From positions 13,268,001 to 13,332,000 of the forward strand of contig OU015567.1 in the NCBI GenBank assembly GCA_907165135.1: a stretch of DNA of 64,000 nt, read 5' to 3'. How positions within the stretch are numbered: the first letter of the stretch is position 1; each line of letters opens with the position of its first letter. The notes below the pieces were generated by a model, which did not search any database, had not been told where the DNA came from, and saw only the letters and a program-made list of their open reading frames with translations. This stretch comes from Oikopleura dioica. Its lineage: Eukaryota > Animalia > Chordata. This document shows, piece after piece, positions 13,401-26,730 of this stretch. The translations under genes and the position numbers were made by a program.

Positions 13401-13876
13401 CTGAATTAACAATTAGATAACTTTTATAACTGAAAATATTTTTGGCATCAATAATTTTTTTGGCGTGAGAGATTTTTTATGTTTACGAAGTTAATTTTTG
13501 AGCCCGTAAATAATGAAGGGATCGACCCATTCCACCCAAAGTCATTTGAAAGCGCTTGGGGTTGTTTAGACGTTTGAAAACATCGCGCTGAGCTGGAAGA
13601 TGAGCTCATCCTTACGCGATATTGTTTACGTTCAAAATACACGACTAATTCGAGCTTAACACTTCCCCAGAATTCATCATCATTTTTTTCGTAAAATCAT
13701 CGAATAAAAGAGCTGTCTCAAAAGATTATCCCTAAGAGCAAACGTTCAAAAGTTCGTCATTACATAATTAATAACTGTACCTGTCTGTGTTTGCCCTTGA
13801 AAACGATCGCAAAAGCTCCATGTCCGATGAGATTCTTCTTTTCATATTCATAGCCATTCGCTACAGTAATTGACAT
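10411..13876 (-). CDS. ULK: Serine/threonine kinase ULK1/2 (Atg1)
   Basis: [52 protein letters not shown]...[12 protein letters not shown], Ser/Pro-rich linker and C-terminal MIT-like domain ([10 protein letters not shown]...QIHERL). Confidence 0.93.
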
Positions 13877-14229
13877 AAACTGACTGTCGATAAAGGGTTG
13901 TTCCAAGTTTCTTTTCTTTTTCCTCTTTTTTTTCTTCGCTACTTTCTCAGTGTTTCTTCTGTATTTTTTGATTGATTAGGATTCTAGAGAATTTTTTCTT
14001 TGAGAAGCTTTTTTCACTTTCTGTCTCTGACCGCGCCTTTTAGCTTCGGCCGAGTTTTTTGTTGTCTGAGTCTTTGGGAGACCAGCGAGCAACTCGAGGG
14101 GGCACTCTCAGGCGCTGAGCTCGTGGGCGGCGCTCGCCAGCAGCTCATTCGCCCTGCTCACAGCTCAGTCCAACGTCATGGTCATCAAGACACCTCATGT
14201 CATCTCAAGAAGGGTGGTGTTACGCAACG

Positions 14230-15130
14230 ATCAACCGGTCGACTGTCCCAGATTGATCCGGTTCGTTGTAGGAATAAACATACGACATCGTAAAATCAAT
14301 GATGAATGCATTGATTCTTCGATTTTCAAACGAAACTGTTCTTCGATCATCTTTATTCGAAAAATCATCCTTCAATCACGCACTTCTTTTGGGTTCGATA
14401 TAGTTTCGACAGAGTTCGACAGAGTTTGAGTTTTATTACCATTCGGAAAAGCTTGCTGAGCTTTCCTGAAGAACAAATAGCTTTTCTGGTCTTAGATTGA
14501 TGGGAATGTTCTCCGCTGAACCTGTCAAACTCAAGATGAACTTAGCTAAAGTAAAATTACGGAAAGTCACGACCCGTTATAATTATATTGTCGGCAGCTA
14601 TAACTAACTAACCGCGACTGATTGTTACGACTTCAGTCTGAGTTTGGACCGTTAAACTCTCCAAAGTTTCCTCGACTAACTTTATCCATCAGATGTTTTT
14701 GTCAACGAATGATAAAGGAAGACAATCACAGACTGTGTTTTTGATAAGTTTGGTTTCCTGGGAGAGTCCCAGCGTGTTTTTCACTGAACGTAAATGGCGA
14801 CTGTGGATTCTCACTACCTGGACAATATTTTTTCACGCTTGAGACATGCACTGTCTGGAGACAAGGCTCTGGAAACGCGTGTCTGAACTTCATCAATATT
14901 TAGAGAGTTGATAAACTCTCTCGCGTTCTTCTCATTTACTAGGACAAATAGAGTCTTCAAGACGACTGCAGTTCATTTCGGATTCATATTGTCGAACTCG
15001 CAAACGTTCAGAGTTGTTTACGATGCAAATTTTGCACCCTTCGATCAGCAGGCCGGGCTGGTTTCTAATTGAGGAGCGTCACATCTGTCCGATTTCGATC
15101 GGCCCTAATGATTTTAGCCTCCTGGGGTAG
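14230..15130 (-). CDS. Possible multi-exon gene of unknown function
   Basis: Chain of short open segments flanked by GT/AG on the minus strand (NEKNAREFINSLNIDEVQTRVSRAL; KLVEETLESLTVQTQ; KFILSLTGSAENIPINLRPEKLF). No recognisable homology. Confidence 0.3.
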
Positions 15131-15687
15131 TATTTTTCCGGCCAAAAGTAAAATATTGTTATCCATAAAAACATGCATCGGCTTGGATCACACTCGAGTA
15201 CGAATCTTTGCGTCAGCTCGTTGATCTGTGCCAATTCGAAATTTTACGCCACTACGTATGTTTTTTTCGTCATCCTCCGTATTTTTTTTGAGAATTCTGC
15301 CAGGGGCGCGGTTGAACTGTCACAAGGCAGAGCTTTTTTGAACGCACCTTCTATTGCCAAAAGGCTAAAATTAGAACTGTGCACACGTGACCTGAATTTT
15401 TAGAAGTTCTTTTCCCCAAGAGCAACTCTGACTCAGAATTTACTAAATAAGATTTGGAAGGGAAAAGTTGTGTTTGCGATAAAACTTGATGGCGATGACA
15501 TCGTCAACTGTATTTACCAACTCAGTGCGTCACCAAGTGCTTGCTTCCTGTTCAATCAAAGCTCCATTGTCACGTCACTTTATGTTTTATTAATCGTGTT
15601 TGTATTTCAAAGATTGCTTTGTACAGTGCGTTGATTGAGGAGTTGAAGAAAGGGATTAAGAGCAAGCATTTTTAAGTTTTGAAGCAT

Positions 15688-18600
15688 TTAATTATTGGCT
15701 TTGAACTCGACTTCTGAGTAGATTCGTTCTGGCTCTCCATCGCGAGGGATCACTGTCAGGCCATTGTTGCGACTCCCTGTAGCGAGATCGAAGCCTCCGC
15801 CTGCGTTTGGCTAATTCAAGATGGTCATTAAAGTCACTTTGTAAAGACTAACCTGGCTAAAACTCTGATTGGGAATGGAACCGATGTGGGCACCTTGAGC
15901 CGGAAGTTTTGGAATGCCATTATTGTCTGAAATTATGTATCAAAGAATGAATCAATTTCGAAAGCTCACCTCTAGAATACATGCTTTCAGCGTCGTCTCC
16001 CTGTGGCAGTGAAAATTTCTGACCAGTCCAGACGTTGGAGTTATCGACAACGACGCGAGGACGTTGCCAAGAGTGTCGTTTCTGGTAGAGATCTTCCAGA
16101 TCTTCGTGAATTTCAAGCACTTCATTCTTACTCGTCGCTGTTGCCATTTCATGGAGAATCTGCGCGTCACGATACGGGTTCTCGATTTCGATCTCTACTG
16201 GTAACTTCGCTGTGGAGTCTCCGATTCTCTAAACAGGAATAGTTCATTTATCAACAATTAACGACTAAACCTTTAGCTCGCTGGGGTCAGCACTTTCTAG
16301 TTTTATCAGATTCGTGACCGGTTCTTGCTGGTTAGTAGACTTTTCCAAGATCTGTTGTTTCATTTGATCGATTCCGTTATAAATGTCGTCCACTTCATTC
16401 TCATCGTCATAGTTTTCCTCCCCGTCATCAGCTGTTGTTAGCCGGGTTGTTCTTCCTTCTTCCACTAACAAAGCTTTCAAAACAAGAAATCTAGTTATTT
16501 TACCCACCTTTTGTGACTTGCTCAAGTTGATCAGCATAAATGCTCGCGCGGAGAGCATCCCAGAAGTAAAAAGTTTGGCGACCGACATCTTCAACTGGAT
16601 ATTGGATAAAAGTCTTCTCAGCCATAAGAATCTTCAACGCATGAGGCATAGAATTCCACGGGATTGGTTCGAGGACAACAAGGACTATCCCATCCTAAGA
16701 AAAATAGAATTGAATAAATAAGACTCATCAAACCTTTCTATTTCTTCTAGTTAAGTCGTAAATAGCTTGCAAGCAAAACAGACAAGCGTCAGAAGAAGCA
16801 AACTCAGTCGTAATGATGATGATAACGCGTTTGTTCTGTTCAACGCATCTTCTAAGCTTTTCGTTTTTCACTTGCGACTTGATGGTGAAGACGTCGATGT
16901 AAAGCTTCTCGCATCGCAGTTGGCTCTCTTGAGGTTTCTGCTTTAATGTCGGCAGCATTATATCAGTTACCCACTTCTGTGAATTGATGTGGCAGAGAAT
17001 AGCTGCGTCGTTCTTGACAATCTTGAGATTCTTTGCCGCGACGCCACCAGAAGTGACTACTTTGTCGCCAACGCCAATTCGATTGCGCCCACTCAGGTCT
17101 TTCATCTTCATTCGATGACGACGGTTCTTCGAAGCACAGAAAACTACTGTTACGACGATGCCTAGAATGACAACGATGGAAATAGGCGCGAGGATTGACA
17201 AATAGCGGAATTCGTTTTCGTCCTTTTCATTTTCGCAAACAAGCTTGTCCTGTGTTAACCGCAGCAGATTAAGGTTGCCAAGAAGGCGCGGAATTTGACA
17301 TTTGTAGGTGTTTTGCGCCTGACGAATTCCAACTATTTTCACTCGACCGGGCTCTTGAACAAATTGGACGAATTTTTTCAGTTGACAGTCGCACTGGAAT
17401 GGATTGAATCTTGCGTCAAACTGTTCTAGGGCTCCATAGAGATACGGATCAACGGATGTTCTTATTTGGTTTTCAGAAACATCGAGCATTCTCAAATTAG
17501 GCAAATTGGCGAAATTCAACTCTTGAATCGAGTTCTTGTGGAGATCCAGAACCTTTAATTCTCGCGCGAAGCTGAAAGTATTTCCTGGAATCTCTGTGAT
17601 CTGATTCGACGAAGCATTGAAGAACTCCAAGTCTTCTAGGTTGACGAAGTCGTCGATGCAAAAATGCGTGAACTGGTTCATCGAAAAGTCAATGCCACGC
17701 AAATTGTGGAGATTCTTTAGCTTGGAACCTTCCAATGCAGCTTTTCCCGGTTCCGGAACGGAGTAAAGTGAATCTGGTGGCCGGCAGATCTCTTGTAGGT
17801 TCGTCAAATGATTATTGTGCAGGATGAGCTGATTGAGAGATACAGGGAGCTTTTCCGGAATAGATTTGATTGCATTTCCGCTCAAATCTAAATGTTCCAG
17901 ATTGCCAGCTTTCGACAAGACTCCTCGGTCCAGGTGAGTAATTCGTCCTCGCTCACGGAGGTCAAAATTTAAACATCCATGAATTATGAGTTTCTTGAGT
18001 CCAATTGCACTCTCCAAGTTCCCACTTTCAATTCGTTTTAATCTCGTGCAACTTTTTAATGGCTCAAAACTGCTCATGAAATCAACGAAGAGAGTTGTCT
18101 TTTCAAGCCATTCCTGAGATGTAGTTCTGTCAATGTCGGAGGAAAGTTATCCTCACCCAGATCTTCTATTGGATTTCTTGTGAGCGAGATTTTTTCCAAC
18201 GTCAAAAAGTATCCTGATTCGTCCTTGAAGCTGGGAACAGTGGTAAACTTGTTGAATGAAAGATCTATCTCAGAAAGGCTTCTCATCGCACGAATGTCCA
18301 GTTCGAACAGTTTGTTGAAGGAAAGGTCCAGAGTTTCTGTTCCGTGAAGTGAGGCAAATGCGCGTTCTTCGACTTTTGCCAAGCCGTTACGAGAGATGTT
18401 GAAAACGCGAACATCACCGAGCCCAGAGAGTTCGATTTGGTCAATGTTTACAATTTTGTTCTCGGCGAGTTGAACGAGATAAGCATTTGAGGGAATCTCT
18501 CGGGGAATAGAAGTAATCAAGCTTCCGCGCTTGTCGCAGAAAACGTCTTGCATGTCGTCTTCCTCATCCGAACTATAACAACGGCAAGACTCCGGACAGC

Positions 18601-19023
18601 TTCGAGTTGTGCGCTCAATTTGAGCTGACTCCGCCGCCAGATCAGCAGCTTCTTGTCGACGAACAGCATCAAGATCAATTGAAGATGTCTTAACATCCCT
18701 AACGCCAGTTATTTTAGGTCCACTGGGCTCGTATGGCGAGCTTCTTTCTGGTTCAGAAATAGTCGGCTGATTTAAGTTTTCAAAAAATAAAATGAAATAT
18801 TAGAGCACATTCTACATAGTAAAAATTATCGATAATTATCAAAGTTAAAATTTCATCAATCTCAGTGAAAACTGTTTTCCTTGGATTTACTCGATCCTTG
18901 GATGCCTGTCCATCTTTTTTCCTCTAGCTCAGCGGGGCGCCCTTGTCCGTAGATAATAGTGTTTTGCTCATTAACCTGTGCTAGAGCCAGCGTGAGCACG
19001 CTTAGAATGCTTGCAAGGCCCAT
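15688..19023 (-). CDS. Toll-like receptor (signal peptide, LRRNT, LRRs, LRRCT, TM, TIR, long C-terminal tail)
   Basis: MGLASILSVLTLALAQ signal; CPESCRC LRRNT; many LxxLxLxxN repeats; NPFQCDC LRRCT; TM YLSILAPISIVVILGIVVTVVFC; TIR-like DAAILC..SQKWVTD...RVIIIITTEFASSDAC...VVLEPIP...FYFWDALRASI. Confidence 0.88.
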
Positions 19024-19464
19024 CTTCTTATATCATGTTCTCTTGTTCTTAATCCCTAGCTTTGAAATATTGAGTGTCACTATTTTTGCGTCAGAAGGGA
19101 GCGCATTCCGCCTGCTGCGCGCAGTCTTTGCCCGCGGTGCTCCCAGTGCGCCACTATTGGGTACACGTACCAGCTTCAGCAATAACAGAAGCACCACCAC
19201 CGCCAGAAAACTCCAGAGTGATATTTCAAATGCGGTCGTGGCGCCGATCATTAGAGAATTAATCCGAGTGCTTCAATAATTTCTTACCAAGGACAACTTT
19301 CTTTAGATACTGTTAATTTGGTCGACATAGTTTATTGTCATCGATAAAAAGATCATTGTTTCCATGCAAATGAAGATTTTGAGTTGTTGTTTCAGGTATT
19401 TACAGTTAATAAGACAGGAAAATTTGGAAAGTACTCGATATTTTACAAATAAAGAACGGAAAAG

Positions 19465-21861
19465 CTAGTTTTTCTCGTCGCCCGAAGTTTCGATTTCAAG
19501 TTGCGGGGACTGAGGATTGTGTTCCGGAGAGGAGGGAACTTCGCGTGGCTGAGAAACGCTTTGGGCAGCAAGTTGAGCTGCACTCTGAGCAGCAAGAAGA
19601 GGGTTGAGATTCGCAAGACCGGTAGGATAGGCTGCGGAGACTGCTGGGTTCAAGGCGGAAGCAGCAAGACCAGGGAGGCCAGCGGGGTTAGCGCCTAAGC
19701 GAGCGCTAGCAGCGAGAAGACTAGAGTTTTGTTGGGCGGCGAGCTGAGCTGCCAAAAGTGGAGAAGGAGCTAAAGATTAAAATTGAATACTTGTTCAACA
19801 ATTATTGAATCTCGAAAGCATTGACCATTCGTAAAATTCTTACCGCTTCCAATCGCTGGAGGAAAAGGCCATCGAGTAGCTTGCTGAGCAGCGAGCTGTT
19901 GCATCATCATGGCGATGAAGTTGGGATCGATCGGCCATTGAGTGGCTTGTCGCTGTCGTTTGTCTTTCATTCGTCGGTTCTGGAACCAAACCTGAAAACA
20001 AGAGTTAACTCTGATCAATCGGAACGAAAAGCTTGAAATGTCAAATCTGCGCTCTCCAATTGAGGCTCATCTCACGACATATAATTGGCGAGTTTATATC
20101 GCTGCTCTCGATGAATTATATCAATATTATTCCGAACTGAAAAATTCATGGGCCAATTATGCAGTCACGCGGGGCTCGGTTTTGAGCTCTAACTAGCACG
20201 TTTATTGAAGCTTATTAGACAGCTTATGCATCGATTCCGGCAATAACGGGAGTCCTGGGAGCACTAGCCACATTATTAGCAAATATCAGCACAAGGATGC
20301 ACTAATAAACGCTCATTTTCGACGATCTTTGGTCCGTATTTCGTTGAGGTCACGAGTTCACTCAGGATGCGCGAAAATCAACATTTTGTATATCTTTGAA
20401 TATCTCCTGTAATTGCCCTGATTAAAGTTGCCTTAGAAAGGAGGGGATGATCTACCAGGGCAGGTGCAGGAAACGGGTGATTTTAGCTTATATGGAGTAA
20501 TAATTGGACGCCGGGCACGATCAAAGCGCTTCACCGGAAGTTTGAAAATCGATGAGCTCGAGGGGTGATAATAGCTTTTGAAATTAATGTGATCAAAGAG
20601 CCGTAATTTTCAAATAAATTATGTTACTTTCAATGTCGAGCGTTTACAACGCGTACTGAAATCATCATCAATGATAATAATCGCCACTTTTTGTTCATAA
20701 ACTTGGTTTAAATCTTTCCTTTCTATCTCCTACGTTACCTTAATTGTGCCTTCTGGAAGATCCAATTCATTCGCGAGTTCGCATCGTCTGTGCCGGCTGA
20801 CGTAGTTTTCTTTGAAAAACTCCTTCTCCAGCTTTCCGAGTTGCTCCCTGAATAAACTGCTCACAATCGGTGTTACAGTAAAGCTCGCTTACCGAGTGAA
20901 AGCAGTGCGATATCGCCTGTAGCAGCTGTCTTCTCGCGACATGTGATGGTTCTTCTCGTTGATTTCAGGCGACGAGGTTCGTGAGTGAGTTTCAAGACCC
21001 TCGTTTTTCGACTCTAAAATGTGAGTTGACTAATGATTGGGTATTGTCAAAATTGAGGATGTGATAATGACAATTGGGAATTCAAATGAATAAGCTAATC
21101 GAAGGCTCATTCTCCGATTAATCAGCAGCCTCCAATAAACCTGAGTGGGAAGGCGCTCGCCCTATAGGTGGGACCCGACGCGGCTTCCGGCGACGAAACG
21201 ATAGCATGATCCTTCCTTGCGGCGAAGGTGCCAAAACGTTTGATCCCGCCCTCCCATGATAAGCGGAATTCAAGCAATTTCGATTAGCGGGTTGGGAATT
21301 GAACCTTCAATGAAATGTTCGAGACACGCTGGCGTGTGATCGAGAGGTACAGTTGTTGAAACTGATACAAAAATGGTGGAGTTCAAAAAGAGCAAACTGA
21401 TCGAAAAATCATCGCATCAAGCAAATAAATGATAATTTCTTCTGTTCTGAGTCAGCAGATCATTCCGATATGATTATTTCCACCAAGAATTTCAATGAAA
21501 AAATAACGATACATTTCGCTTCACGAATAATCGAGAACATCAAATTATTACAAATCAAAAGAGGTTCAGTTAAAAATTCCCCGCGAATACCCTCTTAGAG
21601 GAAAATCTCCAATGAAATCTAAGGATGCGTGGTTGATTTGTTTGAATTTTCGAGTACTCTTCTATGATTTCAAAATTATCCAAAAAGCTCAAACTTACCG
21701 AAAGAAGTAGACGTGGAGCTGCTTACATCTGGTGTTGGAATTTGATGCTCGTGATCACTCTGAGGTGACCCAGAGGCTTTCTGTGCGCCCTGTCGGCTCT
21801 TTGAGTTGATGATGTTTTCAACGGAGAAGGGAGAACTGAACTGGGATTGAGCAGTAGCCAT
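19465..21861 (-). CDS. Evx: Even-skipped homeobox protein
   Basis: Homeodomain RRYRTAFTR|[36 protein letters not shown]|[14 protein letters not shown]; N-terminal eh1-like FSVENI; Ala-rich C-terminus. Confidence 0.95.
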
Positions 21862-23226
21862 TTCAAAAAGAAAGTGTTTTAGTCTCTGAATCTCTTTGTA
21901 ACAAGGAGAAGGATGTACTGATGAGCGACTGTGTGTTATGATTTGTCGATGATCTTCGTCGGGCCCCTGCGCCCGTGATTTCTTTCAAATGGCGCCATCG
22001 CGCGACCCCGTAGCTGCGCCACCTTCGAGCTGCAAATTTCTGCCTCGATCGTCTTTGATCCTCGCCGCCGCGGATCAGACGAAGAGGCAACGGCAAATAA
22101 CAAAAGAAATGGGTAGCCGAAAATCGGCTCTTGTCGCAAAGCTATGTTTCAGGGACAAGATATTGATGTTGATTCCGAAAATGGGTACTTATCCGATATC
22201 CTCTTTCATGTTTTCCCAAATTTCCTTAAATTTTATCGGAGATGTAAAATAATGAGATTTAATTTGAGACAGAAATAATTAATACTGATTTGATGAAAAG
22301 GTCTTGTTCAGTTTGATATTCTTGGCTGCTGAAAAGATCACCGGAAATCAAGCGCAATAACAAAATAAGCTGGCGAATCATAAATGTGCCAGGAAGCTAA
22401 TTGATCGAGCTGGAGTTTTCCAAAGTGCCAGTCGGAAGTGATTAGCAAATGATGGTTTTTGGACTTGTCGCGGCTGCTGCTAAATTGAACCTATTGATGG
22501 CCCCTAATCTTACTGGATGTGATCCTACTGAAACTCGAATTTTCACACATTTAGAACTCCGGCTCAACAAATTAAAACCCTCATAATTTTGTCCGACCCT
22601 CTTCTTGAGCTTTACGAGGACGTGAGGAGGACAAACAAATCTGAACATAAAATTGAGAACTATTAATTATAATTTTCGTTCAGATTTCAGCTTATCAAAT
22701 CCTCATTTTTGCACAGCGTGCAGCGAAGAAACAGTAACATGTCGATTACGCCGGGCGATAGTATTTGATGTTTTTGTGTATTGTTTTTTGGTATCAGCAT
22801 CGTCAATATGGCCTATTACTTGCGATAGGCTCTCGAGTCCTTTTCCGCTCAAGCAAAATCAACATCGATGAACTTATCGAAAAGAAGAAGAAACAAACTC
22901 TCAACCCAGTTCAGAAATTGAAATGGCGCCTTTGAAGTCTCAGAATTTTCGAATGATTATTTTCAGCATGTGATTTGTTAAAGACATTCCGAAATTTCTT
23001 TGTCGACTCACTTCGATATTCATGAAATTCTTCACAGTATTTTCTTGCGAGAATCGTTTACATAAAATCTTCTCGCGCTAATGAATTTGCCCCCGCGGAA
23101 GTATAAATTTCGCACAGCAGCGCGTAATGCATGTACAGTCACGTATCTTTCTGAATGGCTCAACTTTTCATGGGCAGTTTATGAAAGCATATAATTTCCC
23201 ATCAATGCGATATCAACTTTTGCGAA

Positions 23227-24444
23227 TCATTCAGATGAGCCGCGGCGCGTTGTAATAAAATTTACATCACTGCACCCCAAAAGAAGTGTTTTTTGGACGT
23301 TACTATAATCTTTATGCGCGAAGAATGAGAAGAAACTGAAAGCTATAATAACTCGCACGAGGCTTTCATCTGCGTAAAAAACGACGCGAAAGTAAACTTT
23401 AATTCTGGAATTTTTGAACGATTCAGAGATCATCAGAATTGAGTCTCGAGTAAATTTTGTAAGAGAAAACATCGGACTTCAATAAAATTGAATTATCATA
23501 AAAATTGGCTTATCCTATCTGATTCCCCGTACCATATTTTTGTGACACTTTGATTCTTAAAATTATGGAAAGCCAGTGGCAGATCAGAAGACGCGGCATA
23601 GGGCCATTTACATGTCGTTAAAGTGCGATGAATCGATATTTTCCGAAATCCTTTTTTTTCAAGTAGACTTATCGGTAAAGCGTATAGCTCGATTTCTGTC
23701 CGATTCGTAAAAATTACAATTGCCTTTGAAAATGAGCGGCGGCAGATTACGCGTTTCTTGAGACATTGCCAGTTGAAGGCGGCGATCGCTTTCATCTTCT
23801 TCTGATAATGCTTTTCCGAAAGTTGTAATGCGTCTCAATTGGAAGCAGGTAAAGAATTCGTCGAGCAAATTATGATGCAGTTTACAATTATTATTGTTCT
23901 GGGAGAAAATTGCTCGTGAAAAGAAGGAGCAGCTTTTATATCATAAAATATCAAGTTATGTTAAAAGGATGAGTCAGGAGCGAAAATTAAAGCCGCATCC
24001 TATCATTTTGAAATGAAAATTAACAGATGGTCAAGTAGAGCGGTAGTTATGGCGGATTATTACTCGAGATTTCAGCTTCCAAATCATAGTGAAATCCAAG
24101 GGGACTCAAACACATGCTCAAGTGGCAGTCACTTCTCCTTCTTTTCAATTTCAATCGTCAGGGCAAAATCAACATTTACGAACAAAAATAGACCATCAGT
24201 CTTATCAAATTTGTCTGAAAAGCTATTCACAAAGTGGTACATTTTTTATGATCATTTGATTTTCGTCTGATTCCGAGTGATCAATATCCATTTTGATTAT
24301 TTTCACGACTTGATCAAAGGAGCCAAAATCCAGGATCAACTTCGAGATCATCATCATCCATCATACTCCGACCGGGACTAGAATCACGAGCTCGCAGTTG
24401 TTTCAAGACATTCCGGAAATCGTCTGATATCAACGAAGAGAATA
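23227..24444 (-). CDS. Possible unannotated multi-exon gene of unknown function
   Basis: Consecutive minus-strand open segments (24444-24314, MDIDHSESDENQ near 24290, ORFs 23659-23868, 23496-23795, 23227-23472) in otherwise ORF-poor DNA. Splicing not resolved. Confidence 0.3.
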
Positions 24445-25836
24445 CTGTGTAAATTAAACTAAAAATATAACTGAAAAAGTCACGCTAAAATGAAAGACGC
24501 CGCTCTTTTAGAATAAGTTAATTTGTAAGTTGGGCAATGAAATGTTTGTGAATTTGCGATGGTGTTGATATTCCGTAGCTATTATAGCTGCATTAGTCCT
24601 TGTTATTAAGTGCTTCGCGGAATTGATCTCTTTCGCGCGAAGATTGAAAGATTAATGCTGGCTTATTGCGAGATCCTGCGTCCTTTGCTAAATCCATAAG
24701 TTTTGGAGAACGATTCTAATTGTTGTTTGATCTTCGAGTGCCAATCGCGCGCATCAACAACTTCCAAAAAGCAGAAAATCGATTGTGGCAGCTCACACCC
24801 TTACGTCCGGTAAGAGGCATCCAATCCACCTGCTAAGATACCTCCTAATAGAGCGGATTAAGGTGCTCTAGTTTCACATGCAAGTTTCTTCCACAATTTG
24901 TTCAAAAATAAAGAGGGTTCCCTAGTTATGATCAGGCAAGCTTGTGCTCCTTATCTTACAACTTCCGTAAAAATGAGTGGGACGGCCAAAATTTTAATTG
25001 ACGGAATAATTTTTCCCTAAAAGCCGGAAAAATAAATGGAGCAGGGGACTGAGAAAAACTCGCATCAAAATTGGCTAAAGTGTGTTTCCGGCCTTTTGAG
25101 CTGTCTGGTATGAATAGGCTGTTCTTTAATGATTTTGATTTGGCGACTCTCAGGGTGCAATCATGGCTGTAGTATAAACTATAAAATGAATTTTCAATGG
25201 CGTTTGATTTTATTCAAAATTCTCGTCTGACTGGGTTATGGGATACGCGGAAGTTTTAAAATTTATTTACTTATTTGGAGATCAAGGGTCCTCGCCGCCA
25301 CGCAGGGGCACACAATTCGCGCCTAAAAGTGTGTGCCCGAACGGGATATTAAAAATATTATAAAGGCGCTTTGATAGGCGCAAATTTAACCCGGCTGGAT
25401 CAATTACTGTTTTATATCCCAAATCCCGGTGGGGCAGCTTCCAGGAGAACGGCACAGAACTTCCGACTCAGCAATCGATCTTTGCGGTAATTAGAGGTCA
25501 CTTTTAATTACAAAGGATGTCAAAAAGAATTCGACAAATCATATTCGGATCTATATGTTTAGCGATCTATCCGATCTACTGTCGGACATATTTCGACGCA
25601 ACTGAATCGCTGAATTTTTAAATGCAAATTTTGCTGATCTCAGTGCATTCTATTTATTTTAGTAATGACATTGAGCTTTGCCCTCCATATTTTTCGATGA
25701 CTGCACGTTTTTTTTATTTTTATAATCATTCTGACAGTGACGCGTAATTCTACTGGCTCGTCGATTTTCCTTCTTCGCGTTCCTTCTTTTTCATTTCGAA
25801 AACCGTACTAAATCGGATAAAATATTTATCCCGATT

Positions 25837-26342
25837 TCAACTAAAACTTGGACTTGTTGTTATCCGGCTCCTGAGAAGATCGTGGAAAGTATCCTCATTT
25901 CCATGATGAAATACGTACGGGACAAATTCTAGCGGACGATCGCCCCAGTGTCCACCGCGTTTTTCAACGAAATATGCGCAAACGAGGCCTGAAAATGATT
26001 TCAAGGAGAGAGAGATTTATTTCGGGAAAACGGCTCGTCGAGCGGCGCGGCTAAGTGACGAGCTCCAAAATTACGTTCTCTTCGACCATGTTTGGCTAGA
26101 CTTTAAGAACTGATTTTGGATTAAAGGCAAAACAGACAGTGACCACTGTCACCACAATCGCTATCGTCTTTGAGAATCTTGGGACGAAATTTCAAAGTAA
26201 ACAAGTTATGGTTTTTAGTAAAGAGGTTCTTTTTCTCTAGAAACGACTTTAAAGTCATACCGTAGCAACTCAGCACGGTGAAATAAAGAGCAAGAGCTGA
26301 GGAATCCTTACCTAGGAGAAAGAAAATCGTATAAGTTTGCAT
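25837..26342 (-). CDS. Small secreted prepropeptide B (neuropeptide-like)
   Basis: Exon 26342-26312, GT-AG intron 26311-25989, exon 25988-25837 give MQTYTIFFLLG|LVCA-YFVEKR-GGHWGDRPLEFVPYVFHHGNEDTFHDLLRSRITTSPSFS* (60 aa): signal-like N-terminus and a KR site. May splice further at the GT at 25853. Confidence 0.6.
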
Positions 26343-26730
26343 AACTCTTTTTCTGTTAAAATCTGCAAAGACTTATTTACCCACTGCGAAAGCTGAAAAC
26401 ATCTCCCTGCAAATACTTTAAGGAGCTTTGACGCCATCACGCGCTTGTGCGAAATATATGTAACGATCTTCTTAGGCGTCAATCGTAATCATCGACTTTT
26501 TAATTGTCTTCTTAGATTCTAAGAACGAGAATATAGACATAGCAATTGACAGCTTGATTTTGTATTTTTTATTTAAAATGCGAGTGAAAATATGGAAAAC
26601 ATCAATAAGTGACTTTTATCGGGAAGAATTTAGAAGGCTGCGCCAAATACGGAGGAAAGAAGATCGTCTTTTATCGGATGCAATGATATTTTTGAGTTTT
26701 TCAACACTTTACCCCTATTAAATCTCATTT

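Noticed and set aside
15534-15546. GTGCTTGCTTC, similar to the U6 snRNA 5' end
   Set aside because: Only about 11 nt match; no ACAGAGA box or remainder of U6.
19033-19251. Hydrophobic 72-aa ORF upstream of the TLR
   Set aside because: A better signal-peptide start exists at 19023; this ORF is probably 5' UTR or spurious.
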